This document shows positions 27,367-36,371 of a stretch of 64,000 nt of DNA, piece by piece. The stretch is from an uncultured Clostridia bacterium. Its GTDB lineage: Bacteria > Bacillota > Clostridia > Oscillospirales > CAG-272. The notes beneath the pieces are model-generated. The model worked only from the letters and a program-made list of their open reading frames with translations. It ran no database searches and was not told where the DNA came from. The position numbers were made by a program, and so were the translations under genes. Positions within the stretch are counted from its first letter, which is position 1. Every line of letters starts with the position of its first letter. Where the stretch lies: NCBI GenBank assembly GCA_946407735.1, contig CAMJPL010000001.1, positions 88,182 to 152,181 on the forward strand, read 5' to 3'.

Positions 27367-27867
27367 ATGAAGATATTCGGAATCGACCCGGGCTACGCCA
27401 TCGTGGGCTGGGGAGTAATAGACTATAAAAACACGGCCTTCACCACCATAGCGTACGGCGCGATCACGACGAAGGCCGGAGTGGCGCCCGAGCGGCGGCT
27501 GCAGATCATCTACGAGGAGCTCGACCGTCTGCTGAAGCTGTACAAGCCCGACGCCGTCGCCGTCGAGGAGCTTTTCTTCAATACGAACCAGAAGACGGCG
27601 ATCATGGTCGCCGAGGCGCGCGGCGTGATCATACTCGCCGCCGTGAACAACGGCGTGGAGATCTTTGAGTACACCCCGCTTCAGGTGAAGCAGTCGGTCG
27701 TCGGCTACGGCCGCGCCGAGAAGGCGCAGGTGATCATGATGACCACCCGCATCCTCGGCCTCAAGTCGGCCCCGAAGCCTGACGACACCGCCGACGCTCT
27801 CGCGATAGCCGTCTGCCACGCCCACACCGGCGCGTCAAGGCTGGGGAAGTTCTATAATATTCAATAA
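27367..27867 (+). CDS. ruvC: crossover junction endodeoxyribonuclease RuvC
   Basis: MKIFGIDPGYAIVGWGVI... and DAADALAIAVCHA are RuvC signature regions. 166 aa. Confidence 0.93.
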   Translation: MKIFGIDPGYAIVGWGVIDYKNTAFTTIAYGAITTKAGVAPERRLQIIYEELDRLLKLYKPDAVAVEELFFNTNQKTAIMVAEARGVIILAAVNNGVEIFEYTPLQVKQSVVGYGRAEKAQVIMMTTRILGLKSAPKPDDTADALAIAVCHAHTGASRLGKFYNIQ

Positions 27868-27946
27868 TAAAGCAGGGAGGGGAAGCCCCTTTCTGAAGAA
27901 AGTGTCTTCCCCTCCCTGCACCCACCCTTTTCCCAAAGACTTTTAC
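27862..27946 (-). repeat. palindromic intergenic element, copy B (inverted orientation)
   Basis: The reverse complement reads AAAAGTCTTTGGGAAAAGGGTGGGTGCAGGGAGGGGAAG...TTCA...CTTCCCCTCCCTGC TTTATTATTG. Arms at 27872-27893 and 27898-27919. The element overlaps the ruvC stop codon. Confidence 0.8.
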
Positions 27947-27971
27947 TACTGAATTTAGTTTTTAATACATT

Positions 27972-28577
27972 ATGATCGCTCAGCTTACAGGCATCGTCGT
28001 CTCGACGGGCGTGAATTCCGCCGTCATCGACGTCGGCGGGATAGGATTTCTCGTCGCATGCTCGCACAACACCCTCTCCGACATCTCCGGCAAGGGCGGC
28101 GAGAAGATAAAGATATATACGCACATGGTCGTCCGCGAGGACGCGATGGAGCTTTACGGCTTCTCGACACAGGACGAGCTTTCGGCGTTCAGGATGCTGA
28201 TATCGGTGTCCGGCGTCGGCGCGAAATCGGCGATAGCCGTCCTTTCGACCCTCTCGCCGGAGAAATTCGCCCTCGCCGTCACGACCGAGGACGCGAAGGC
28301 GATATCCAAGGCTCCCGGTGTCGGAGCCCGCACCGCCGCGAGGATCATCCTCGAGCTCAAGGACAAGATAGCCAAGGAATTCGGCGGCGAGGCGGTATCT
28401 TCCGCGATGACGCAGGAGCAGATCAAGGGCGACGATACCCTCTCCGACGCCGTGAACACGCTGATCGTTCTCGGCTATTCGAGAGCCGAAGCGCTTTCCG
28501 CGCTCTCCGGTCTCGGCGGCATGAATTTGGAAGACATGATCAAAGCCGCGCTTAAAAAGCTCTCGGCAATGGTCTGA
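27972..28577 (+). CDS. ruvA: Holliday junction DNA helicase subunit RuvA
   Basis: MIAQLTGIV...GIGFLV...HMVVREDAMELYGF...LISVSGVGAKSA is the canonical RuvA pattern. Confidence 0.93.
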   Translation: MIAQLTGIVVSTGVNSAVIDVGGIGFLVACSHNTLSDISGKGGEKIKIYTHMVVREDAMELYGFSTQDELSAFRMLISVSGVGAKSAIAVLSTLSPEKFALAVTTEDAKAISKAPGVGARTAARIILELKDKIAKEFGGEAVSSAMTQEQIKGDDTLSDAVNTLIVLGYSRAEALSALSGLGGMNLEDMIKAALKKLSAMV

Positions 28578-28600
28578 CGCATCGCATTAATATTATTGTA

Positions 28601-28683
28601 TCAAAAGTCTTTGGAAAAGATGGGGGTCCGGGGGAAGGAAAACCTTTCCTCAGAAAGGTTTTCCTTCCCCCGGGAAAATAATG
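28601..28683 (+). repeat. palindromic intergenic element, copy C
   Basis: CAAAAGTCTTTGGAAAAGATGGGGGT, then perfect 21-bp arms at 28627-28647 and 28652-28672 (loop CTCA), and the tail AAAATAATG. Confidence 0.85.
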
Positions 28684-28705
28684 TATCTCAAGGCAGGTGA
28701 CATGA

Positions 28706-29806
28706 ATGGCGCTCAGGGAGACGTTTCTCGACGATGACGAAAACGGCGGCTTCGCCGATTTTGAAAACCGGATAGTATCTTCTCAGGAGATCGAGGGCGA
28801 AAACGACGCCGACAAGTCGCTCCGCCCTAAAACGCTCGACGAATACATCGGGCAGGAAAAAGCAAAGCAGAATCTCAAAATATATATAGACGCCGCGAAG
28901 CAGCGCGGCGACACCCTCGACCACGTCCTGCTCTACGGCCCTCCCGGGCTCGGAAAAACGACGCTGTCCGGCATAATCGCCGCCGAGCTCGGCTCGAACA
29001 TACGCATAACGAGCGGCCCGGCGATAGAGAAGGGCGGCGATCTCGCCGCTCTGCTCACGAACCTCGCCGAGAGGGACATACTCTTCATCGACGAGATCCA
29101 CCGCCTCCAGCGGACGGTCGAGGAGATACTCTATCCCGCGATGGAGGACTACGCCCTCGACATAATCATCGGCAAGGGCCCGGCGGCGAGATCGATACGT
29201 CTCGATCTGCCGAAGTTCACGCTGATCGGCGCGACGACAAGGGCGGGGCAGATATCCGCCCCGATGCGCGACCGCTTCGGCGTCATACTCAAGCTCGAGT
29301 ACTACACACCGAACGAGCTTTGTCAGATAATCACACGCTCCGCCGGGATCCTCGAGATACCGATAGACCACGACGGCGCGATGGAGATAGCCTCCCGCTC
29401 GCGCGGCACGCCGCGTATCGCCAACCGCCTGCTCCGCCGCATCCGCGACTTCGCGCAGGTGAAGGGGAGCGGAAAGATCGACACCGAGATAGCCGATTTC
29501 GCGCTGAGGTCGCTTGAGATCGACAAGCTCGGGCTCGACTCGGTCGACAGACGGATGCTGACGTCGATCATCAAGAATTACAACGGCGGTCCGGTCGGCC
29601 TCGATACCGTCGCCGCCACAATCGGCGAGGAAGCCGTCACCATAGAGGACGTCGTCGAGCCGTATCTCATGCAGATCGGGTATCTTTCCCGCACGCCGAG
29701 AGGCAGATGCGCGACGGAAGCCGCGTATGAGCATCTGGGGATGCGCTTCCCGCGCCGCGGCGATCCGCAGGGCGATCAGGTGACGCTGTTCGGGGAGGGC
29801 GAATGA
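28706..29806 (+). CDS. ruvB: Holliday junction DNA helicase RuvB
   Basis: [14 protein letters not shown]...[13 protein letters not shown]...LFIDEIHRL are the RuvB AAA+ motifs. Confidence 0.95.
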   Translation: MALRETFLDDDENGGFADFENRIVSSQEIEGENDADKSLRPKTLDEYIGQEKAKQNLKIYIDAAKQRGDTLDHVLLYGPPGLGKTTLSGIIAAELGSNIRITSGPAIEKGGDLAALLTNLAERDILFIDEIHRLQRTVEEILYPAMEDYALDIIIGKGPAARSIRLDLPKFTLIGATTRAGQISAPMRDRFGVILKLEYYTPNELCQIITRSAGILEIPIDHDGAMEIASRSRGTPRIANRLLRRIRDFAQVKGSGKIDTEIADFALRSLEIDKLGLDSVDRRMLTSIIKNYNGGPVGLDTVAATIGEEAVTIEDVVEPYLMQIGYLSRTPRGRCATEAAYEHLGMRFPRRGDPQGDQVTLFGEGE

Positions 29807-29807
29807 T

Positions 29808-30695
29808 ATGCTGATCTCCGATAAATGGAGCGACTACGAGCTGATCGACTGCTCGGACGGCGAGCGGCTCGAGAGATGGGGCGATTATATCCTCATACGC
29901 CCCGATCCGCAGGTCGTCTGGAACGATATGCGCGGATCGAAATACTGGAATAAGACCGATGCCGTCTATCACCGCTCCCAGAAGGGCGGCGGAGGATGGG
30001 GCGGCGGCAGGAGCGGCAGAAAGCTCCCCGACGAGTGGGAGATCTCCTACGGCGGACTGAAATTCATCTGCCGCCCGACCGGCTTCAAGCACACCGGGAT
30101 CTTCCCCGAGCAGGCCGTCAACTGGGACTGGGCGGATAAGCTCATCCGCTCCGCCGGACGTGAGATAAGGGTGCTCAATCTGTTCGCCTACACCGGAGCC
30201 GCCACCTGCGCCTGCGCCGCCGCCGGAGCGTCGGTCTGCCATGTCGACGCGTCGAAGGGCATGGTCGGGCAGGCGAAGGCGAATATCGCCCTCTGCGGCC
30301 TTTCCGACCGCCCCGTCCGCTATATCGTCGACGACTGCTTCAAGTTCGTCGAGCGAGAGCTGAGGCGCGGCAGCCGATACGACGCCGTTATAATGGACCC
30401 GCCGTCATACGGGCGGGGACCGGGCGGCGAGCTGTGGAAGCTTGAGGAAAACATCTGCGATTTCATTCTCCGCACCGTCGGGCTGCTGTCCGACACGCCG
30501 CTGTTTTTCCTGATCAACAGCTACACCACCGGGCTGTCGCCGTACGCGACCGGATATATCCTGAATCAGGCCATGAAGGCGCGCGGTTTTTCCGGCGCTC
30601 TCGAATGCGAGGAGCTCGGGCTTCCGGTGACCGAATCCGGGCTATGCCTCCCCTGCGGCGCGAGCGCGAGATGGAGCGCGCCGCCAAAGCCGTGA
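29808..30695 (+). CDS. class I SAM-dependent methyltransferase (RlmI/RlmK-like catalytic domain)
   Basis: VLNLFAYTGAATCACAAAGA (motif I) and VIMDPPSYG (motif IV). The start is 1 nt after the ruvB stop. Confidence 0.75.
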   Translation: MLISDKWSDYELIDCSDGERLERWGDYILIRPDPQVVWNDMRGSKYWNKTDAVYHRSQKGGGGWGGGRSGRKLPDEWEISYGGLKFICRPTGFKHTGIFPEQAVNWDWADKLIRSAGREIRVLNLFAYTGAATCACAAAGASVCHVDASKGMVGQAKANIALCGLSDRPVRYIVDDCFKFVERELRRGSRYDAVIMDPPSYGRGPGGELWKLEENICDFILRTVGLLSDTPLFFLINSYTTGLSPYATGYILNQAMKARGFSGALECEELGLPVTESGLCLPCGASARWSAPPKP

Positions 30696-30708
30696 TCCTA
30701 ATTTATAA

Positions 30709-31632
30709 ATGAACAACGAACAGAAAACTCCTTATATAAGCCTCAGGGACGTCTGCTTCTCGTACGATACCGAGAGCGGCGAAAAGAACGAGGTGCTGAA
30801 AAACGTCAGCCTTGACATATACAAAGGCGAATTCATAGCCGTTCTGGGGCGCAACGGCTCCGGCAAGTCGACGCTGGCGAAGCTGCTGAACATGATCCTC
30901 GTGCCCGACAGCGGGACGATAACGATAGGCGGCCACGACATCACCTCCCCGGATATGACCGAGGACGACGTCTATGAGGTGCGCCGTCATATCGGCATGG
31001 TGTTCCAGAATCCCGACAACCAGCTCGTCGCGACGGTCGTCGAGGAGGATATCGCCTTCGGATGCGAGAATCTCGGCGTCGAGCCGTCCGAGATACGACG
31101 CCGCGTCGACGAGGCGCTGGAAACGGTCAACATGACCGCCTTCGCCCGCCACTCGCCTCATCAGCTGTCGGGCGGACAGAAGCAGAGGGTGGCGATCGCC
31201 GGCATCATAGCCATGCTGCCCGACACCATCATCTTCGACGAGTCGACCGCCATGCTCGACCCGCAGGGACGCGACGAGGTCATGCAGACGATAGCCCGCC
31301 TGAACAGGGATATGGGCATAACCGTCATGCACATCACCCACAACATGAACGAGGCCATCATGGCCGACCGCGTGATCGTCATAGCCGACTGCGGAGTCTA
31401 CCTCGACGGGACGCCGAGAGAGGTCTTTTCGAGCGTGGAGCGCCTGCAGAGCGTGGGGCTTGACGTGCCGCAGGTGACGGATCTTATCTACCGACTGAAA
31501 AAGAACGGCGTGAAGGGCCTTGACGACGCCCTCGATCCCGACGAGGCGGCGGCGCAGCTGCTGCCGCTGCTCGCAAAAACCATCCCGGTGAAGGACGCCG
31601 CTTTGGGCGCCCGGAAAATCCCCGTTTCCTGA
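30709..31632 (+). CDS. ecfA1: energy-coupling factor transporter ATPase EcfA1
   Basis: Walker A GRNGSGKST, signature LSGGQKQRVAIAG, Walker B IIFDEST. Conserved ecfA1-ecfA2-ecfT-truA order. Confidence 0.9.
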   Translation: MNNEQKTPYISLRDVCFSYDTESGEKNEVLKNVSLDIYKGEFIAVLGRNGSGKSTLAKLLNMILVPDSGTITIGGHDITSPDMTEDDVYEVRRHIGMVFQNPDNQLVATVVEEDIAFGCENLGVEPSEIRRRVDEALETVNMTAFARHSPHQLSGGQKQRVAIAGIIAMLPDTIIFDESTAMLDPQGRDEVMQTIARLNRDMGITVMHITHNMNEAIMADRVIVIADCGVYLDGTPREVFSSVERLQSVGLDVPQVTDLIYRLKKNGVKGLDDALDPDEAAAQLLPLLAKTIPVKDAALGARKIPVS

Positions 31633-31650
31633 GATCATTTCGTGCGATAA

Positions 31651-32511
31651 ATGTCTTCGATAGAATTACAGAACATTAACTACATATACAGCGCCGGAAC
31701 GCCCTTCGAGAAGGCGGCTCTGACCGACGTCAGCGTCACGTTCGGCGGCGGCGTCATCACCGGCCTTATCGGGCATACCGGCTCCGGCAAATCGACGCTG
31801 GTGCAGCTGATGAACGGCCTGATGAAGCCGACGTCCGGCACCGTGCTGCTCGACGGAAAGGATATCTGGGCCGAGCCGAAGAAGATACGTGACGTCAGGT
31901 TCAGGGTCGGGCTCTGCTTCCAGTACCCCGAGTACCAGCTCTTCGAGGAGAGCGTGATGCTCGACATCGCCTACGGCCCGAAGAACATGGGGCTGTCCGA
32001 CGCCGAGGTAAAGCGCCGCGTGGCCGACGCCGTGCGGTTCGTCGGCCTCGATCCGTCGCTCATGCAGAAGAGTCCGTTCGATCTGTCCGGCGGACAGAAG
32101 CGCCGCGTCGCGATCGCCGGGATAATCGCCATGGAGCCGGAGGTGCTGATCCTCGACGAGCCGGCCGCCGGTCTCGACCCGGTGGGGCGCGAGGAGATCT
32201 TCGGCGGGGTAAGAGCCTTCCAGCGCGAGAGGAACAGCACCGTGATCATCGTCAGCCACAGCATGGAGGATATGGCGCGGTACAGCGACGAGCTCGTCGT
32301 GATGGATCACGGAAGGGTGCATATGACGGGCAGGACGTCCGAGATATTCAGGCGCTCCGGGGAGCTTACGAAGGTAGGGCTCGACGTGCCGCAGATAACG
32401 AGGCTGATGAACATACTGAGAAACGCGGGGGCCGAGATACCGGACGACATATTCACCGTCGACCGCGCCGCCGAGGAGCTGACGAAGCTGCTCGCCGAAA
32501 GGAAAGGCTGA
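31651..32511 (+). CDS. ecfA2: energy-coupling factor transporter ATPase EcfA2
   Basis: Walker A GHTGSGKST, signature LSGGQKRRVAIAG, Walker B LILDEPAAGLD. Confidence 0.9.
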   Translation: MSSIELQNINYIYSAGTPFEKAALTDVSVTFGGGVITGLIGHTGSGKSTLVQLMNGLMKPTSGTVLLDGKDIWAEPKKIRDVRFRVGLCFQYPEYQLFEESVMLDIAYGPKNMGLSDAEVKRRVADAVRFVGLDPSLMQKSPFDLSGGQKRRVAIAGIIAMEPEVLILDEPAAGLDPVGREEIFGGVRAFQRERNSTVIIVSHSMEDMARYSDELVVMDHGRVHMTGRTSEIFRRSGELTKVGLDVPQITRLMNILRNAGAEIPDDIFTVDRAAEELTKLLAERKG

Positions 32512-32514
32512 ACA

Positions 32515-33336
32515 ATGCTGAAGGACATAACCATCGGTCAGTACTTTCCCGGCTCGTCTCCGCTCCACAGGGCGGACCCGAGGGTAAAGATAATCCTGAC
32601 GGTCATGTACATCGTCGGGATATTCATGGCGAAGAACGTCTGGAGCTTTGTTTTCGCCGTCGTCTTCACCGCCGCGCTCGTCATAATATCGAGGATCCCG
32701 GCGAAGACGATACTGCGCGGCATGAAACCGCTCATCTACGTGATCGCCTTCACCGCGATCATAAACATCTTCTGGACGAAGGGCGAAAAGCCGCTGGTAG
32801 AGTGGAAATTCATCCATATCTACGCCGAGGGGCTGCAGTTCGCCGCTCTTATGATCGTCCGCATCATAGCCCTCCTCGCCGGAACGGGCGTCGTCCTGAC
32901 GTACACCACGTCCCCGATAGCTCTCACCGACGGCCTCGAGCGCCTGCTCGGCCCGCTCAAGAAGATAAAGATCCCGGTCCATGAGTTCTCGATGATGATG
33001 ACGATAGCGCTTCGCTTCATCCCGACCCTGATCGAGGAGACCGACAAGATAATGAGTGCCCAGAAGGCTCGCGGCGCCAGCTTCGACTCGGGCTCGCTCC
33101 CGCAGAGGGCGAAGGCGCTGATTCCGGTCATGATACCGCTGTTCGTCTCGGCGTTCAGACGCGCCGACGATCTCGCCGTCGCCATGGAATGCCGCTGCTA
33201 CCGCGGCGACGTCGGGCGCACGAGGATGACCGAGCTTCACATGAAGCCGCTCGACTGGATCCTTCTCGCCGCTTTCGCCGCATTTATCGCGGTGACGGTC
33301 GTGATAAACATCTTCGCGCCGGGATTTTCCATATAA
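32515..33336 (+). CDS. ecfT: energy-coupling factor transporter transmembrane subunit EcfT
   Basis: 273 aa polytopic protein with the start pattern LHRADPRVKI and the conserved ARG-containing coupling helices (QKARGA...). Confidence 0.88.
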   Translation: MLKDITIGQYFPGSSPLHRADPRVKIILTVMYIVGIFMAKNVWSFVFAVVFTAALVIISRIPAKTILRGMKPLIYVIAFTAIINIFWTKGEKPLVEWKFIHIYAEGLQFAALMIVRIIALLAGTGVVLTYTTSPIALTDGLERLLGPLKKIKIPVHEFSMMMTIALRFIPTLIEETDKIMSAQKARGASFDSGSLPQRAKALIPVMIPLFVSAFRRADDLAVAMECRCYRGDVGRTRMTELHMKPLDWILLAAFAAFIAVTVVINIFAPGFSI

Positions 33337-34116
33337 ATGAAGAAGATACTGCTCACCCTCGCCTATGTCGGGACCGGTTTCTCCGGCTGGCAGGTACAGC
33401 CGGCGCAGCCCGAGCTGCGCACCGTGATGGGAACGGTGCAGGACGGTATCGAGGCGGTTTATCATACCCGCCTCCCGGTGACAGGCTGCAGCCGCACCGA
33501 CGCCGGGGTGCACGCCCTCAGGTTCAGATGCGCTTATATGCCGCCTGAGGGGACGCTTATACCGCTCGACCGGCTGCCGCTGGCGCTGAACAGGCAGCTT
33601 CCCGACGACGTCGCCGTCCGTGAGGCTGAGTACGTCCCGGAAAACTTCCATCCGCGCTACGACGCGCTCTGGAAGGAATACAGATATATCTATGAGGACA
33701 CCGTCTCGCGCGATCCTTTCATGCGCGACAGATGCTGGCATGTGCAGCGTCCGCTCGACGCAGGGCGGATGGACGGGGCAGCCGGAGCCTTCGTCGGCAG
33801 GCATGATTTTTCCGGCTTCATGGCGGTCGGCTCGAAGGTGACTGACACCGTAAGGACGGTGTACTCCTGCTCGGTCCGCCGGGAGAACGGCAGCGCGGTG
33901 CTGACCATCCGCGCCGACGGATTTCTGTACAATATGGTCAGGATCATAGCCGGGACGCTGGTCAAGGTGTCGTACGGCGCGATAGACGGCGTAAGGATGC
34001 CGGAGATCATCGCCTCGCGCGACAGGACGAGGGCGGGGCAGACGGCGCCGGCCTGCGGGCTGTATCTGAGCGACGTCGGCTATCTGCCCGGCTACGCGAA
34101 AAAGACAGACGGCTGA
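33337..34116 (+). CDS. truA: tRNA pseudouridine(38-40) synthase TruA
   Basis: YVGTGFSGWQVQP...CSRTDAGVHA contains the catalytic Asp motif. The start abuts the ecfT stop. Confidence 0.92.
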   Translation: MKKILLTLAYVGTGFSGWQVQPAQPELRTVMGTVQDGIEAVYHTRLPVTGCSRTDAGVHALRFRCAYMPPEGTLIPLDRLPLALNRQLPDDVAVREAEYVPENFHPRYDALWKEYRYIYEDTVSRDPFMRDRCWHVQRPLDAGRMDGAAGAFVGRHDFSGFMAVGSKVTDTVRTVYSCSVRRENGSAVLTIRADGFLYNMVRIIAGTLVKVSYGAIDGVRMPEIIASRDRTRAGQTAPACGLYLSDVGYLPGYAKKTDG

Positions 34117-34170
34117 CAGGCGGTCCGCCGACGGCTGAATGAAAACAGATGAAGGGAGGTGAAGAAGGAT

Positions 34171-35586
34171 ATGGCGGAAAAGACCGAGAAGGGACCGGTC
34201 ATACGGATCCCGCGCCCGAGGCGTCTGGCGAGAGGAAGCCAGCGCACCGAATACTACGACAGGATCGCGCTCAGGCTGAGATGGACGAAGTTCACCCTCG
34301 CCGCGGCGATATTCCTGTTCATGATAGGCATGTTCTGGATCTACCGGGGCGAGATAACCGTCGAAAACATGCGGTATCTCGCTCGCTACCTCAATACCGA
34401 CTCGCCGGAATACACCGGTAATTACCGAACCATATACTTCAACCCCTCCAATAAGATACAGATCGGCTCGTACAAGGGCGAGGTCGCGGTCGCCGACGAG
34501 AAATCGGTGACGCTGTACAACATGCTCGGCAACGCGACGCTGTCATATCCGATAAACTGCCGCAATCCCGTCATGCTGACCGGCGACAGATACATGGTCG
34601 TCTACGGTCTCGGCGAGAACACCTTCACCATCAACAACGCGATATCGAGGCTTTACAGCGAGACGCTCGATTACCCGATATGGGGAGCCTCGCTCTCGGC
34701 GGACGGTATGCTCGCCGTCACGACGAACACGATGGAATACCGCTCTGCCGTCATGATATACGACCGGAGCTTCAAAAAGGTGGCGGCGATATATAAGGAC
34801 AAGCTCGTCATGGACACCGTCTTCCGCTCGGACGAGCTCGCGCTGATGCTTTCGGTCTACAACGAGGGCGGCGAGTTCATGAGCGAGATCATGGTCTTCA
34901 ATCCGTACGACGAGACCCCGAAGAAGCTGATAACGCTCGAGGGCGAGATGGCGATGAAAGCCGCCTGGCTCGACGGCGGCGGCTTCGCCGTGCTCTGCGA
35001 CGACGCTCTGATATTCTTCAACCAGGGCTACGACAGGATATCGACGGTCAGCTTCGACGACAGAGTTCCCGAGCGGTGCGGCCTGTCCGAGAGAGGCGCC
35101 GAGCTCGTCTTCTCCCAGAACATAATCGGCAGCGGCGAGAGGATAGATATCTACGATACCCGCGGCGAGATGCTCTGGTCGCTCCAGACCGAGGGCCAGA
35201 TACTCGACATAAAGTCGGACTACGATTACGTCTACGTCCTTTTCGACTCGGCGATAGCGAGGATATCGGTCGCCGACGGCACCATGACCCGCGCGCTTAT
35301 CGAGAGCGGCGGCAAGAGCCTTATCCGGAAGGACCAGCTGACGCTGATCGTCGCCTACACGCAGTCGGTGCAGATGCTCCGCACCGAGGAGCTTTTCCCG
35401 GAGGCGAATTCCATCGCCGCCGGCAACACGTCGGCCGACGCCGGATATACGCCGCCGGAAAGAACCGAAACGACGGAAGCGCCTGCGGCCGAGCCCGAGA
35501 CGTCACCTCTGCCCGAGACGACGGCGGAGCTCTACGAGACGGGAAGCGACGAAAACATGCTGAATGACACCGGGGAGGCCGGATGA
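34171..35586 (+). CDS. single-pass membrane protein with a predicted beta-propeller-like ectodomain (DUF5711-like) and an acidic Thr/Glu/Pro tail
   Basis: Basic N-terminus, one TM (FTLAAAIFLFMIGMFWI), and ~350 aa of repetitive beta-rich sequence. The ORF-track GTG start is 34159. The family name is tentative. Confidence 0.6.
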   Translation: MAEKTEKGPVIRIPRPRRLARGSQRTEYYDRIALRLRWTKFTLAAAIFLFMIGMFWIYRGEITVENMRYLARYLNTDSPEYTGNYRTIYFNPSNKIQIGSYKGEVAVADEKSVTLYNMLGNATLSYPINCRNPVMLTGDRYMVVYGLGENTFTINNAISRLYSETLDYPIWGASLSADGMLAVTTNTMEYRSAVMIYDRSFKKVAAIYKDKLVMDTVFRSDELALMLSVYNEGGEFMSEIMVFNPYDETPKKLITLEGEMAMKAAWLDGGGFAVLCDDALIFFNQGYDRISTVSFDDRVPERCGLSERGAELVFSQNIIGSGERIDIYDTRGEMLWSLQTEGQILDIKSDYDYVYVLFDSAIARISVADGTMTRALIESGGKSLIRKDQLTLIVAYTQSVQMLRTEELFPEANSIAAGNTSADAGYTPPERTETTEAPAAEPETSPLPETTAELYETGSDENMLNDTGEAG

Positions 35587-36341
35587 TGGAAAATTTTGAC
35601 GTAAGCTCGCTTGAGCTCAGCGGCTTCAACATGAGCGGCGCGATCATTGACATAATCATCGCCGTCGTCATAATATTCAGCGCGATATACGGCTATTTCA
35701 GGGGATTCATACGCTCGGCGCTCGGGATAATCACCTTCGCCGTGTCGTTCGTCTGCGCCTTTGTGTTCACCCCGTTCGTCTACCCGATCATCTATGACGG
35801 CTTCATGCTGAGGATAGTGAGCGGCGCGGCTCGAAAGGCGCTCGAGCTCGCCGGGATCGGCAGCGTCGATGTCGGCGCGGCGGCAGCGGAGATGTCTCCG
35901 GCTCTGAGCGATATACTGTCGAGATTCGGCATAAACATATCCGCCGTCGGAAACAGCGGGATCGTGACGGCTTCCGAGATGGCGGACGGAATCGCCGGTC
36001 CGGCGGCATCGGTCCTCTCAAAGGCGGCGGCGTATCTCGGGATATTCTTTATTACGGCGCTTCTGCTCCATATCATCGGGATCCTCATCGAAAAGGCGAT
36101 GAAGCTCACCGGCATGAGCGGAGTGAACCGCTTTTTCGGCGGAGTTCTCGGAGTCGTATGCGGGGTGTTCTACGCCCTTGTCATCACCGCCGTTCTGCGC
36201 GGCGCCTGGCCGTCGCTCTGCGCCGCCTGGCCGGATATCTTCCCGCGGGACGCGCTCAGCGGATCGCTGCTTATATCGCTCGGTGAGAAGATCAGCTTCG
36301 GCCTTATCGCCGAAAGGATCCTGCGCTTCACCGAAAGCTGA
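35583..36341 (+). CDS. cvpA: CvpA family membrane protein
   Basis: IIDIIIAVVIIFSAIYGYFRGFIRS is the typical CvpA N-terminus. 4-5 TM helices. ATGA overlap with the upstream stop. Confidence 0.75.
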   Translation: MMENFDVSSLELSGFNMSGAIIDIIIAVVIIFSAIYGYFRGFIRSALGIITFAVSFVCAFVFTPFVYPIIYDGFMLRIVSGAARKALELAGIGSVDVGAAAAEMSPALSDILSRFGINISAVGNSGIVTASEMADGIAGPAASVLSKAAAYLGIFFITALLLHIIGILIEKAMKLTGMSGVNRFFGGVLGVVCGVFYALVITAVLRGAWPSLCAAWPDIFPRDALSGSLLISLGEKISFGLIAERILRFTES

Positions 36342-36371
36342 TTTGTATTTGGAAGGTCATATTTGCTAAAG

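Noticed and set aside
31666-33804. 712-aa ORF antisense to ecfA2-ecfT-truA, the longest 'novel' ORF in the track.
   Set aside because: It spans three well-supported genes on the opposite strand, crosses their gene boundaries, and has a biased RDHG composition with no recognisable domain. It is a GC-content artefact.
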